This document shows positions 1 through 9,669 of a stretch of DNA of 64,000 nt, piece by piece. Below the pieces are notes generated by a model, which was given only the letters and a program-made list of their open reading frames with translations, searched no databases and was not told where the DNA came from. The DNA comes from an uncultured Chloroflexia bacterium (lineage in GTDB: Bacteria; Chloroflexota; Limnocylindria; QHBO01): positions 389,346-453,345 of the forward strand of contig CAWDTM010000002.1 in assembly GCA_963805305.1 (NCBI GenBank), read 5' to 3'. Numbering within the stretch: the stretch's first letter is position 1; each line of letters opens with the position of its first letter. The position numbers were made by a program, and so were the translations under genes.

Positions 1-1
1 G

Positions 2-421
2 GTGCGCCTTCGTCGTGCCACGAGCACCTACCGTGCCCTGGTGAGCGGCGAGCAGGGCGGTTCGCTCCAGGACCTGCTGGATGGCCACATGGGTCGGGTC
101 GAGGAGGTCTCGACGAGCCTGAAGGAGCTCATCCGCCTGGTCGAGTACCTGGAGCAGCGCACCCGGGGCAGCCTGCAGCACATCGGCCTCGTGCGCTTCA
201 ACCCCTTCGCGGACACCGGCTCTGACCAGAGCTTCGCCATCGCGCTGCTCGACGATCGTCGGGATGGCATCGTGATCAGCAGCCTCCACGGCCGGGCGAA
301 CACCCGCGTCTTCGCCAAGCCGGTGGAGAACGGCACCTCGCGCCACCAGCTCTCCGACGAGGAGAGCGAGGCGATCCGCATCGCGGTCGAGGGGACCGTG
401 CCGCTTCCCACCGCGGGGTGA
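2..421 (+). CDS. DUF4446-family protein, 5'-truncated by the window edge
   Basis: Frame-1 ORF with normal composition. The motif string LVRFNPFADTGSDQSFAIALLD..GIVISSLHGR..TRVFAKPV resembles what I recall of actinobacterial DUF4446 proteins. Confidence 0.4.
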   Translation: MRLRRATSTYRALVSGEQGGSLQDLLDGHMGRVEEVSTSLKELIRLVEYLEQRTRGSLQHIGLVRFNPFADTGSDQSFAIALLDDRRDGIVISSLHGRANTRVFAKPVENGTSRHQLSDEESEAIRIAVEGTVPLPTAG

Positions 422-1080
422 CCGCCGATCCGGACGAGGCGGCCCTGCAGCTTGGCCGTCGTCGGCTGCTGGCAGCCCTGCGGCGACTGCATCGGCGGGA
501 ACCCCTGAAGGCCGATCACCGCCTGGACGCGGTGATCGCCGAAGCGCGCGCAGACCCCGGCGAGCGCCGGCCCGGCGGCCATCGGGGCGCGGGATCCCTC
601 CGCGGCCTGTCCGATGCCGCCCTGCGCGCCGAGCTCGAGGGGCTGGTCACGGCCGGATCCGTGGCGAGAGCAGGGCATCGGGTCCGCCTGGTCACGCATG
701 AGCCGATGTTCGCCGACGATGCCATGCGCGAGCGCGTCGAGCGGCTGCTGGCCGGCCTCCGCGAGCTGGGCGCCGATCCGCCGCGGGTCAGCCCCATCGC
801 CGCCCGGCTGGGCATTCCGTCCGGCGTGCTCGACCAGCTGCGCGCGGCCGGAGAGCTGGTCGCCCTCGGAGACGGGATCGACGTTCCACCGGACCTGCTT
901 GCCTCGCTCATGGCCCGCATCGATGCGGTGGCGCGCCACGGGCCACTGGGCGTCGGACGCGTGCGCGATGAGCTGCGAACCAGCCGACGCTCCGCCGAGC
1001 TGCTGCTCGCCTGGCGGCGGTCGCACTCCGGTCGGGCCTTACGATCCGCGCGTCGCCGCGACACCCGAGGTGTCGGATAA
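418..1080 (+). CDS. Hypothetical protein with repeated winged-helix-like segments (SelB-wing-like)
   Basis: ORF directly follows and is start/stop-coupled to the previous gene. Repeated Leu/Ala/Arg helical segments (…LGIPSGVLDQLRAAGELVALGDGI…) are reminiscent of SelB C-terminal winged helices. No catalytic motif. Confidence 0.3.
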   Translation: MTADPDEAALQLGRRRLLAALRRLHRREPLKADHRLDAVIAEARADPGERRPGGHRGAGSLRGLSDAALRAELEGLVTAGSVARAGHRVRLVTHEPMFADDAMRERVERLLAGLRELGADPPRVSPIAARLGIPSGVLDQLRAAGELVALGDGIDVPPDLLASLMARIDAVARHGPLGVGRVRDELRTSRRSAELLLAWRRSHSGRALRSARRRDTRGVG

Positions 1081-1098
1081 GCCGGCGATAACCGCGGG

Positions 1099-4000
1099 AT
1101 GAATCCTGCGTCCGGTACCATCGAGCTCGTGCCAGCGGTCGTCCCGTCCCCGGACCAGCTCCCGATCTTCGAGGAGCTGAGCGCGCCAGCGCCGCCGCGC
1201 CGCCAACCACCCCACCTGCGCCTCCAGCCCCCGCTCCTTGCGGACCTCACTCCCCGCCAGCGCAGGGCGGTCACGCACGGAGACGGACCACTGCTCATCG
1301 TCGCCGGCGCCGGGACCGGGAAGACCACGGTCCTGACCCGTCGCATCGCCTGGCTCATCGCGGAGAAGCGGGCGCGGCCATCGGAGATCCTGGCCCTCAC
1401 CTTCACGGAGAAGGCAGCGACCGAAATGCAGGAGCGGGTGGATCGGCTGGTGCCGTATGGCTACACCGATTCGGTGATCAGCACGTTCCACGCGTTCGGC
1501 GACCGGATCCTCCGCGAGCACGCCTTCGAGGCCGGGCTCTCCGACCGGGCCACCGTCCTGTCGCGTGCCGAGCAGGTCATCTTCCTGCGCGAGCACCTCT
1601 TCGAGCTTCCGCTGGACCGATATCGACCGCTGGGCGACCCGACCCGGTTCCTGGGCGCACTCGCGACCCTGTTCAGCCGCGCACGAGACGAGGACGTCTC
1701 GCCCGAGCGATTCGCAGCGGCGGCGGAGGCGCTGGCCGTCCGTTCGGCGGCTGCGCCCCATGACGCGGCGCTGGCCGAGGAGGCAGCTCTGCAGGCAGAG
1801 CTGGCGGACGCCTACTCGGCGTACGAGCACCTCATGCGCGCATCCGATCGCTTCGACTTCGGCGACCAGGTCGCCCTGGCCCTGCGCCTGCTCCGTGACC
1901 ACCCGCTCGTCCTTAAGGCCGAGCGAGCGCGGTACCGATACATCCTCGTCGACGAGTTCCAGGACACCAACCACGCGCAGTTCGAGATCGTGAACCTGCT
2001 GGCGGGCGGACCCCGTGGCAACGTCACCGTGGTCGGGGACGACGACCAGAGCATCTACCGCTTCCGTGGCGCAGCGCTCTCGAACATCCTGGGATTCCGT
2101 GCCGCGTACCCGCGGGCGGCGAAGGTGGTCCTGACGGACAACTTCCGCAATCGGCAGGAGATCCTCGACGCCTCCCACCGGCTCATCAGCCACAACGACC
2201 CCGAACGCCTCGAGGTTCGGGAGGGGATCGACAAGCGGCTGCGGGCCAGGCATGCCTTCCCGCCGCGAGCGTCTGGCGCCGCTTCCATCGAGCTCCTCTC
2301 GTTCGTCACCGGGAGCGACGAAGCGGACGCGGTCGCCCGTCGCATCGCGAGCTCCATGCGAGCCGGCCGCCGTGCCGGAGACCACGCCATCCTGGTCCGC
2401 GGGAACCGCGATGCGGACCCGATCCTGCGCGGCCTGAACATGGAGCACCTTCCGTGGCGGTTCAGCGGGACGGCGGGGCTCTACCACCAGCCCGAGGTAC
2501 GGATGCTGGTCAGCTTCCTGCGGGCGGTGGCCAACCCGGAGGACTCGGTCAGCTGCTACGACCTCGCAACCTCCGAGGTGTTCGGCCTGGCCGCGGAGGA
2601 CGTCACCCGCGCCCTGAACGCCGCCTCGCGGCGCCGCATCGGCCTCGAGGCAGCCCTGCGCGAGGCGCTTGCCCGTCCCGATCCGGCCCGCTTCACCCGT
2701 GGCGCGATCGAGGTCGTGCAACGGCTCCTGGCGACCCTGGACCGCCATCGGACCATGAGCGCGGAGCGGACAACCGGCGAGCTCCTCTACCATTTCGTCT
2801 CCGCGAGCGGGTGGCTTGGCCGCCTTGCCCGCGAGGCGCGGGATACGGGGGACGAACGCATCGCCAACGTCGCGCGCTTCTTCGAGATCGTCCGGCGTCA
2901 ATCGGCGCTCCTGCGCCACGATCGTCTGCCCTTCCTCGTGGAGCAGCTCGACACCCTCATGGCGGCGGGGGACGACCCCTCGACCGCCGAGGCCGAGCCG
3001 GACGACGGCGACGCCGTGCACGTGCTGACCTATCACCGCGCAAAGGGACTCGAGTTCCCCGTGGTCTTCATGGTCGGGCTGGTCGAGGAGCGGTTCCCCA
3101 GCCGCGACCGGCGCGATCCGCTGCCCTTCCCCACGGAGCTGCTGCGGGATCCCGTCGCGGAAGGGGACCATCACCTCGCCGAGGAGCGACGTCTCTTCTA
3201 CGTCGGGATGACTCGTGCCGCCGATGCCCTGCTCCTGAGCTGGGCGGCCGATTACGGCGGGGGCCGGACGCGCCGCCTGAGCCAGTTCGTGCACGAGGCG
3301 CTCGACCTGCCGCCCGCGACCCCGGCCGCAGCGGTGCGCCCGAGCGAGGCGGAGCGGATCGCCCGCAGCCAGGAAGCTCCCACCGCGACTGCAGCGCCGG
3401 GCCGACCATCCCTGGGAGACCGCCCGCTGTCGCTGAGCTTCGGCCAGGTCAACGACTACCTCGAGTGCCCCGCGCGGTATCGCTTCGCCCACCAGATCCG
3501 CATTCCCACCCCGGCGAGCCACCAGCTCAGCTACGGCAAGGCGCTCCACGGTGCGGTGCAGGCCTACCACCGCCGTCAGATGCAGGGCCGGCCCATGGCC
3601 CTTGCGGAGCTGCAGGCGGCACTCGACGCGAGCTGGGAGTCGGTGGGATACCTCACTCGCGACCACGAGGAGGCACGCCTCGCGGCGGCCCGGGACGCCC
3701 TGGCCCGCTTCTGGAACGAGCAGCAATCCGATCCGGCGCGCCCCACGGCGGTCGAGCAGGAGTTTGCCTTCCTGCTGGGACGCGACCGTGTCCGGGGACG
3801 ATATGACCGGGTCGACCAGGAGGCTGACGGCCGGGTGGTGATCACCGACTACAAGTCGAGCGACGTCCGCGATCCGGCCACTGCCCAGCGCCGAACGCGG
3901 GATTCACTGCAGCTTGCGATCTACGCCCTCGCCTGGGAGGCGCAGCACGGACGGCTCCCGGACGAGCTTGCCCTGCACTTCCTCGAATCGGGGCTGGTTG

Positions 4001-4158
4001 GGCGCAGCGAGCCCACGGAGCGGCGGCTCGAGCGCGCGCAGGAGAAAGTGACCCTGGCGGCCGAGGGCATCCGCGCGGGCCGGTTCGGGGCCACCCCCGG
4101 TGCCGCACGTTGCGGCTTCTGCCCGTTCCGCGAGATCTGCCCCGATGCGGCGCGGTGA
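1099..4158 (+). CDS. UvrD/PcrA-family helicase fused to a C-terminal PD-(D/E)XK (RecB/Cas4-type) nuclease with a 4-Cys Fe-S cluster (AddAB/AdnAB-like helicase-nuclease)
   Basis: Walker A AGAGTGKTT near the N-terminus. UvrD motif II VDEFQDTN. Long 1019-aa frame. C-terminal nuclease motif VITDYKSS. Cys pattern C(PARYRF)…CGFCPFREIC typical of AddB/Cas4 Fe-S nucleases. Confidence 0.85.
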   Translation: MNPASGTIELVPAVVPSPDQLPIFEELSAPAPPRRQPPHLRLQPPLLADLTPRQRRAVTHGDGPLLIVAGAGTGKTTVLTRRIAWLIAEKRARPSEILALTFTEKAATEMQERVDRLVPYGYTDSVISTFHAFGDRILREHAFEAGLSDRATVLSRAEQVIFLREHLFELPLDRYRPLGDPTRFLGALATLFSRARDEDVSPERFAAAAEALAVRSAAAPHDAALAEEAALQAELADAYSAYEHLMRASDRFDFGDQVALALRLLRDHPLVLKAERARYRYILVDEFQDTNHAQFEIVNLLAGGPRGNVTVVGDDDQSIYRFRGAALSNILGFRAAYPRAAKVVLTDNFRNRQEILDASHRLISHNDPERLEVREGIDKRLRARHAFPPRASGAASIELLSFVTGSDEADAVARRIASSMRAGRRAGDHAILVRGNRDADPILRGLNMEHLPWRFSGTAGLYHQPEVRMLVSFLRAVANPEDSVSCYDLATSEVFGLAAEDVTRALNAASRRRIGLEAALREALARPDPARFTRGAIEVVQRLLATLDRHRTMSAERTTGELLYHFVSASGWLGRLAREARDTGDERIANVARFFEIVRRQSALLRHDRLPFLVEQLDTLMAAGDDPSTAEAEPDDGDAVHVLTYHRAKGLEFPVVFMVGLVEERFPSRDRRDPLPFPTELLRDPVAEGDHHLAEERRLFYVGMTRAADALLLSWAADYGGGRTRRLSQFVHEALDLPPATPAAAVRPSEAERIARSQEAPTATAAPGRPSLGDRPLSLSFGQVNDYLECPARYRFAHQIRIPTPASHQLSYGKALHGAVQAYHRRQMQGRPMALAELQAALDASWESVGYLTRDHEEARLAAARDALARFWNEQQSDPARPTAVEQEFAFLLGRDRVRGRYDRVDQEADGRVVITDYKSSDVRDPATAQRRTRDSLQLAIYALAWEAQHGRLPDELALHFLESGLVGRSEPTERRLERAQEKVTLAAEGIRAGRFGATPGAARCGFCPFREICPDAAR

Positions 4159-4195
4159 CCGCCGCGCTGCCTGACGCTGCCCGGGGCGCGACGCG

Positions 4196-4603
4196 GTGAG
4201 TGGTCGGCATCGCTTCTGGGTCCTGGCCCTGGTCCTCGTGGCCGCGCTGGGCGTCGTGGTCCTCGTCGCGGTCGCGGGGAACACCTGCCCGGGCCCGAGT
4301 GCTGGAGAGGCCTGCCCCGACGCCGGGCGCAATCGCGTGCTGGTGGTTGCCATCGCCTCCATCTCGGCGGCGGTCCTGGTGACCCCCTTCGCATTCCTCG
4401 CCGAGTTCGTGCTTCGACGGCGCATCGTGTTCCGTGGCGCCTGGCGCCGCGCGACGCGACGCGGCCTGCTCGCCGGGGCCGTTCTCGCGGCACTCGCCGG
4501 GCTGCGGCTGGGTGGCGCTCTCTCCGTGCCGGTGGCCATCTTCGTGAGCCTGCTGGCATGCCTCGCCGAGTGGTTCGCCATCCGACGAATCGATGCGCCG
4601 TGA
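4196..4603 (+). CDS. Small integral membrane protein (hypothetical)
   Basis: 135-aa ORF with 3-4 hydrophobic helices (WVLALVLVAALGVVVLVAVAG…; AVLAALAGLRLGG…). Its stop overlaps the next gene's candidate GTG start. Confidence 0.35.
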   Translation: MSGRHRFWVLALVLVAALGVVVLVAVAGNTCPGPSAGEACPDAGRNRVLVVAIASISAAVLVTPFAFLAEFVLRRRIVFRGAWRRATRRGLLAGAVLAALAGLRLGGALSVPVAIFVSLLACLAEWFAIRRIDAP

Positions 4604-5415
4604 ACGATCCACGCGGCCCGGACATCTTCGCGAACCAGCCGGGCGACCCGGACCTCCTGGCAGCGATCTACGACCTCGAGCACGACGAGTTCGACGAGGA
4701 TCTCGTCTTCTATCGCGAGCTTTCCAGGCGGGCAGGCGGAGCCGTCCTGGATCTCGGCTGTGGGACGGGGCGGCTGCTCCGGGCCCTCGTCGACGCTGCA
4801 CCCACGCGGGTCCTGGGAATCGACGGGTCCGAAGCCCTGCTTCGCCGGGCTCGGGCACGGATCGCCCAAGACCCCGTGCTCGGCGAGGCGTCGGAGGCGG
4901 GCCGGCTCGATGTGGCCGCCGGTGACGTCCGCCGGCCACCCGTTCGCGGTCCGTTTGCCCTCGTCGTCGCCGTGGGTGTTCTGCCCCACCTGGCCGGGCC
5001 CGAGGATGCGGTACGCATGTTCACGGCCGTGGCCGAGCGGGTGGAGCCGGCCGGCCAGCTGGTGCTCGATGACATCGGGCCGTCAGGACTTCCGTGGCGC
5101 GACCTGCCCATGAGCGTTGACTGGGAGCGCCAGATGGACGGCAAACCGGTCTCCAGACGCTCGCAGCTGGTCCGCCGAGAGAGCCCCGAGGGCCTGCATG
5201 TCGAGTACTCGACCCTCACGGATACGGTACGACCCGATGGTACGATAGCGCGACTTCCGGCCAGCTTCCGGCTCTGGTATCCCTCACTGGACGTGCTTGA
5301 GCAACTCCTCGTCGCAGGTCGATTCGTGACCGAGATGACCTACGGGTCACACGATCTGGAACCGTTGGGTCGGGAGAGCGAGCGCCGCATCGTGATCGCG
5401 CGTCGAGCAGCCTGA
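4558..5415 (+). CDS. Class I SAM-dependent methyltransferase
   Basis: SAM-binding motif I VLDLGCGTGRL and downstream acidic motif. The true start is probably the GTG at about 4601 (VNDPRG…), which overlaps the stop of the upstream gene. Confidence 0.75.
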   Translation: MPRRVVRHPTNRCAVNDPRGPDIFANQPGDPDLLAAIYDLEHDEFDEDLVFYRELSRRAGGAVLDLGCGTGRLLRALVDAAPTRVLGIDGSEALLRRARARIAQDPVLGEASEAGRLDVAAGDVRRPPVRGPFALVVAVGVLPHLAGPEDAVRMFTAVAERVEPAGQLVLDDIGPSGLPWRDLPMSVDWERQMDGKPVSRRSQLVRRESPEGLHVEYSTLTDTVRPDGTIARLPASFRLWYPSLDVLEQLLVAGRFVTEMTYGSHDLEPLGRESERRIVIARRAA

Positions 5416-5476
5416 CGAGCGGACAGGGCGGGGCGATGTCGGGGGACGCGACGAGCGTCGGAAGGGGTTTAGGGAA

Positions 5477-6628
5477 TTGGCCGGCGAGCAGATCAGACTG
5501 CTGGTAATCGAAGACGTTCCCCAGGTGGCGTCGCACATGCGCTCGCTGCTCAACGCCCAGACGCAGATCAAGGTGCTCGACGTCGTCGCCAGCGGCGACA
5601 AGGCGGTCGCGGCCGTGGGCGAGATGCGGCCCGACCTCGTGATCGTCGATGCCCTCCTCCAGGGACGCATGAGCGGTCCGAACGTGGCAAGGGCCATTCG
5701 AGAGGCCGACGCCAACGTCGCGGTCATCATGCTGACCGTCCCGCAGAACCCCGTGCGCGAAGACCCCGACCAGGGTATCGACGCGGTCCTGAAGATGCCG
5801 TTCACCGGTTTCGACCTGACCACCCTGATCCGCAAGACCCACGATGAGCGATCGGTCGAGTCCTCGCGCGCGTCATCCATGATGGTGGCGCTCTTCTCGC
5901 CGAAGGGCGGCGTGGGACGCACCACCCTCGCGTACAACCTCGCCGTTGCGCTCGGCAGCGGTCACCGCGTCTGCCTCGTTGACGGTACGCTGCAGTTCAG
6001 CGACCTGCGGGGCCTGCTGCGCGTCCCCGCCGTCGCGCCGTCGATCCTGAACCTGCCGACGGATCGGATTCGCGAATCCGACCTGGCCGAGGTCCTGTGG
6101 AAGGACCCCTCGGGGATCGACATCCTCTTGGCGCCGCCGCGGGTCGAGATGGCGGAGATGGTCACCACCCGTGACGTGGAGAAGGTGCTGGGCATCATCC
6201 GCAAGCTGTACGAGTTCGTGATTGTCGACACGCGCGCGGCCCTCTCCGACGACGTGCTGGTCTTCCTGGATGCGGCGGACCTGATCCTGCAGGTCCTCAG
6301 CTACGACTCGATGGCGATTCGCGGGTTGGCCATGGCCGGCGAGGCCTTCGCCGCCATCGGGTATCCGAAGTCCAAGCTGGCGACCATCCTCAATCGCGCC
6401 GACGCATCAGGCGGCATCGTCAAGGCCGATCTGGAGGAGACCCTCGGCCAGCCCATCGATTTCGAGATCGTGTCCGATGGGCGCCTCGTGTTGAACGCGA
6501 ACAACGAGGGCGTTCCCTTCGTCCTCTCGAGCCCGGAATCGCCGATCGCGCAGGGGGTCCGCCAGATCGCCGCCGCCCTGGTGGCAGTCCAGGCCGAGCG
6601 TGGCATGGCGCTCGCCGGGCACCGCTGA
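5477..6628 (+). CDS. Response-regulator receiver domain fused to a CpaE/TadZ-like (MinD/ParA-family) ATPase
   Basis: N-terminal REC domain (LLVIEDV…DLVIVDALLQG). Deviant Walker A SPKGGVGRTT of the MinD/ParA/CpaE family. Length about 380 aa, typical of TadZ/CpaE. Confidence 0.75.
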   Translation: MAGEQIRLLVIEDVPQVASHMRSLLNAQTQIKVLDVVASGDKAVAAVGEMRPDLVIVDALLQGRMSGPNVARAIREADANVAVIMLTVPQNPVREDPDQGIDAVLKMPFTGFDLTTLIRKTHDERSVESSRASSMMVALFSPKGGVGRTTLAYNLAVALGSGHRVCLVDGTLQFSDLRGLLRVPAVAPSILNLPTDRIRESDLAEVLWKDPSGIDILLAPPRVEMAEMVTTRDVEKVLGIIRKLYEFVIVDTRAALSDDVLVFLDAADLILQVLSYDSMAIRGLAMAGEAFAAIGYPKSKLATILNRADASGGIVKADLEETLGQPIDFEIVSDGRLVLNANNEGVPFVLSSPESPIAQGVRQIAAALVAVQAERGMALAGHR

Positions 6629-6633
6629 TCCGG

Positions 6634-7473
6634 GTGGCCAGGACACCGGATCGGCGCCCCATTGGCGTCTTCGACTCCGGCGTTGGAGGCTTGACGGTCC
6701 TCTCGGAGCTGCGCCGCCGCCTGCCCGCCGAGTCGACGATCTACCTCGGCGACAACGCGCGCACGCCGTACGGGCCGCGGCCAGCCGACGAAGTACGCGC
6801 GTTCACGGACGAGTGTGTCTCCTGGCTCCTCGGACAGGACGTCAAGCTCCTCGTCATCGCCTGCAACACGGCAACCTCCCGTGCGCTGCCCCAGGTTCGC
6901 GAGCGGGCCGCGGTGCCCGTGGTGGGCGTCGTTCGCCCGGGAGGGGTGGCCGCAGCAGCCGCCACCCGGAGCAGGCACATCGGCGTCATTGCCACCGCAG
7001 GCACGGTCGAGTCGGGGGCGTATCCCGATGCGATTGAGGAGGCGGATGCACGGCTCGTCGTGACGCAGCGTGCCTGCCCGCGACTGGTCCCACTGGTGGA
7101 GGCCGGCGCCCTCGACGGGCCGGAGGCCGAGCAGGCGCTGCGCGGATACCTGGAGCCGATGCTGGCCGCGGATCCGGACATCGACACCCTCCTCCTCGGA
7201 TGCACGCACTATCCCCTCCTGCGGCCGCTCATCGAGCGCGTGGTCGGAAGCCCGGTGGCGGTCGTCGATTCCGCGTTCACCACGGCCATCGCCGTCGAGG
7301 ATCTGCTAGACGCCTTCCACGCGCGGACGGATGAAACCGAACCGGGGGATAACCGGATCGCGACCACCGGGGACGTGCAGGCCTTCGCCGCGGTCGCGGG
7401 CCGCATCTTCGGCTCGCGCCTGCCGGCGGTCGAGGAGGTGCGCGTGGACGCGACCTCGGCGCGGAGGTCCTAG
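6634..7473 (+). CDS. murI: Glutamate racemase
   Basis: IGVFDSGVGGLTV near the N-terminus, LVIACNTAT, GCTHYPLL. Classic MurI motifs. 279 aa. Confidence 0.9.
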   Translation: MARTPDRRPIGVFDSGVGGLTVLSELRRRLPAESTIYLGDNARTPYGPRPADEVRAFTDECVSWLLGQDVKLLVIACNTATSRALPQVRERAAVPVVGVVRPGGVAAAAATRSRHIGVIATAGTVESGAYPDAIEEADARLVVTQRACPRLVPLVEAGALDGPEAEQALRGYLEPMLAADPDIDTLLLGCTHYPLLRPLIERVVGSPVAVVDSAFTTAIAVEDLLDAFHARTDETEPGDNRIATTGDVQAFAAVAGRIFGSRLPAVEEVRVDATSARRS

Positions 7474-7482
7474 ACTGCGAAG

Positions 7483-8676
7483 GTGACACGGAACGCAGGC
7501 CGGATCGGCATGGGCATCGTCGTGGGGGGCCTCCTTGCCATGGGGGCCACCGTCGCCCAGCGTGAGTTGGTCCGGCGCGCCGGGACCCGGCTCATCGACT
7601 GGGAGGCCGTTCGCGGGATTGCCCGCCGCCGGCTGGGTGCACATGCCGCCCCTCTCAGCCAGCAGCAACGCGAGGAGGCGGAGGCCTTCTACCGCGAGGC
7701 GCTGCTGCGGATCGAGCCGGCGGTCGAGGCGGAGATCGGACGTCCGCTGCCGGCTGCCCTTGAGGTGCCCGCGGTCATCGATCGACTGGAGTGGGTCGAC
7801 CTCAACCTCGCCACGTTCCAATCCCTGTTCGGCCGCGTCGAGGGCCTGCTGACCGCGGCCGCCGGTTCGGCAGAGACACCCGGGCGCGCACTGGCGCGGA
7901 TCGTGAACCGGTCCATCGGCAACCAGCAGCTTGGTTTCCTGCTGGGCTTCCTGGCCAGGAAGGTCCTGGGTCAGTACGACGTCAGCCTTCTGGCCGCGGG
8001 ACCCGTGCCGCGCGGTCGTCTGCATTTCGTCGAGCCGAACATCACGGCCACCGCGGCGCACCTTCGCGTGCCGCTCGACGAGTTCCGCTTCTTCATCGCG
8101 CTGCACGAGGCGACACACGCCTTTGAGTTCGAGGCCCATCCCTGGCTTCGCGATCACTTCGCCGGACTGGTCTCGGAGTCCGTCGAGCAGCTGGCGACCG
8201 ACGCCGGCGGGCTGGGAGGGCGGCTGCGGGAGGTCATCGCCGGCGCGGGCAATGGCCACTGGATCGAGCGTCTCCTCAGTGAGCGCCAGCGCGCGACGTT
8301 CCAGCGAACGCAGGCGCTCATGTCGCTTCTCGAGGGGTATTCCAACCACGTGATGAACGCCGCGGGGGAGCGGCTCCTGCCGGGCTTCCGGATGCTTCAC
8401 GACCGCTTCGAGCGTCGCAACGAGCGCCGGGGTGCCATGGAGCAGGCCATCATGCGGGTCACCGGCCTGGACCTCAAGATGGAGCAGTACGCGGCCGGCG
8501 AGGCGTTCGTCGACGCGGTGCTGGCTCGTCGCGATCGAGCCTTCCTCCAGCAGATCTGGACCGGTCCCGAGGTGCTGCCCAGCATGGACGAGATTCGGAA
8601 CCCGGAGGTGTGGATCCGCCGGATGGAGGACGGAACCGATTCGCTTCGCGGCGACCGCGTGACCTCGCAGGCATGA
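7483..8676 (+). CDS. Zinc-dependent metalloprotease of the DUF2342 / TIGR03624-like family
   Basis: HExxH-type motif ALHEATHAFEF. Family-typical length (about 400 aa) and N-terminal hydrophobic segment. My memory of the family motifs is approximate. Confidence 0.6.
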   Translation: MTRNAGRIGMGIVVGGLLAMGATVAQRELVRRAGTRLIDWEAVRGIARRRLGAHAAPLSQQQREEAEAFYREALLRIEPAVEAEIGRPLPAALEVPAVIDRLEWVDLNLATFQSLFGRVEGLLTAAAGSAETPGRALARIVNRSIGNQQLGFLLGFLARKVLGQYDVSLLAAGPVPRGRLHFVEPNITATAAHLRVPLDEFRFFIALHEATHAFEFEAHPWLRDHFAGLVSESVEQLATDAGGLGGRLREVIAGAGNGHWIERLLSERQRATFQRTQALMSLLEGYSNHVMNAAGERLLPGFRMLHDRFERRNERRGAMEQAIMRVTGLDLKMEQYAAGEAFVDAVLARRDRAFLQQIWTGPEVLPSMDEIRNPEVWIRRMEDGTDSLRGDRVTSQA

Positions 8677-9665
8677 GCGGCGAGGTCGTCATCCTCGCCA
8701 CCCCCATCTACGGCACGGGGCTGCCGCAACCGATCGTCGATCGCATCGAGTCGCTGGGCAACGTACGCGTGGTGCCGCTGTCGCGGGACGGAGTCGTCCA
8801 CGCGGACGCCGAGGCGGCCCTCGAGGCAGCCGAGGTGCTGCTGCGCAGCGGCGTTCCGGGCTCCATGCTCGACCACCTGCTCTCGCGGACGCCGCACCTG
8901 CGCTGGATCCATTCCGCGTCTGCCGGGGTCGACCAGGTGGCGACGCCCACCGTTCGATCCCGTGGCATTACGGTTACGAACTCGCGGGGCGTCTTCAGCC
9001 GGCCCATCGCCGAGTACGTCGTGATGATGCTGCTCGCGATCTCGCACCGTCTGCCACAGCTGCTCGAGCTGCAGCGCGAGCGAACCTGGCAGCCGCTCCG
9101 CGGCACCGAGCTGGGCGGGCAGACCGTGGGCATCCTGGGCTACGGCAGCATTGGTTCGGAGATCGCGGCCCTGCTGGAGCCATTCGGGACCCGCGTACTT
9201 GCCACCCGGCGCCGCCCGGAGCTGGGGACGCACGGTCGAGCCAACGTGGAGATCTTCGGCGACGACGCCACGGACCGGGTCCTCGGCGAGTCGGACGTCG
9301 TGGTGCTGACCGCACCGCTGACCGGCGACACGGCGGGCATGATCGGTGCGTCGCAGCTGCAGACGATGCGCGAGTCCGCGTGGCTGATCAACATCGCGCG
9401 CGGCCGCCTCGTCGACGAGACCGCGCTTCGACGCGCCCTCGAGAACGGCTGGATCGCGGGGGCGGTCCTCGACGTGTTCGACGAGGAGCCGCTCTCGGCC
9501 GATTCGGCCGCGTACACGACGCCGAACCTGATCGTCACCCCGCACACCTCGTGGTCGAGCGATCGCGTCGTGGATCGGGGCATCGAGCTGTTCGTCGCCA
9601 ACCTGCGGCACTACCTGGCGGGCGAGCCGCTGGAGAACGTCGTTGACCTGGAGGCAGGGTACTAG
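8610..9665 (+). CDS. D-isomer-specific 2-hydroxyacid dehydrogenase family protein (phosphoglycerate-dehydrogenase-like)
   Basis: NAD-binding GILGYGSIGSEIA. Catalytic region NIARGRLVDE…AGAVLDVFDEEP. The likely true start is the internal M of MSGEVVILA at about 8673, just before the upstream gene's stop. Confidence 0.85.
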   Translation: MDPPDGGRNRFASRRPRDLAGMSGEVVILATPIYGTGLPQPIVDRIESLGNVRVVPLSRDGVVHADAEAALEAAEVLLRSGVPGSMLDHLLSRTPHLRWIHSASAGVDQVATPTVRSRGITVTNSRGVFSRPIAEYVVMMLLAISHRLPQLLELQRERTWQPLRGTELGGQTVGILGYGSIGSEIAALLEPFGTRVLATRRRPELGTHGRANVEIFGDDATDRVLGESDVVVLTAPLTGDTAGMIGASQLQTMRESAWLINIARGRLVDETALRRALENGWIAGAVLDVFDEEPLSADSAAYTTPNLIVTPHTSWSSDRVVDRGIELFVANLRHYLAGEPLENVVDLEAGY

Positions 9666-9669
9666 CCGG

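Noticed and set aside
28-4939. Long minus-strand ORFs (28..1026, 516..1406, 1039..3726, 3842..4939, 3904..4989) antisense to the helicase-nuclease and neighbours
   Set aside because: Extremely Arg/Pro/Gly/Ala-rich with no motifs. They fully overlap well-supported + strand genes, which is the typical high-GC antisense ORF artefact.
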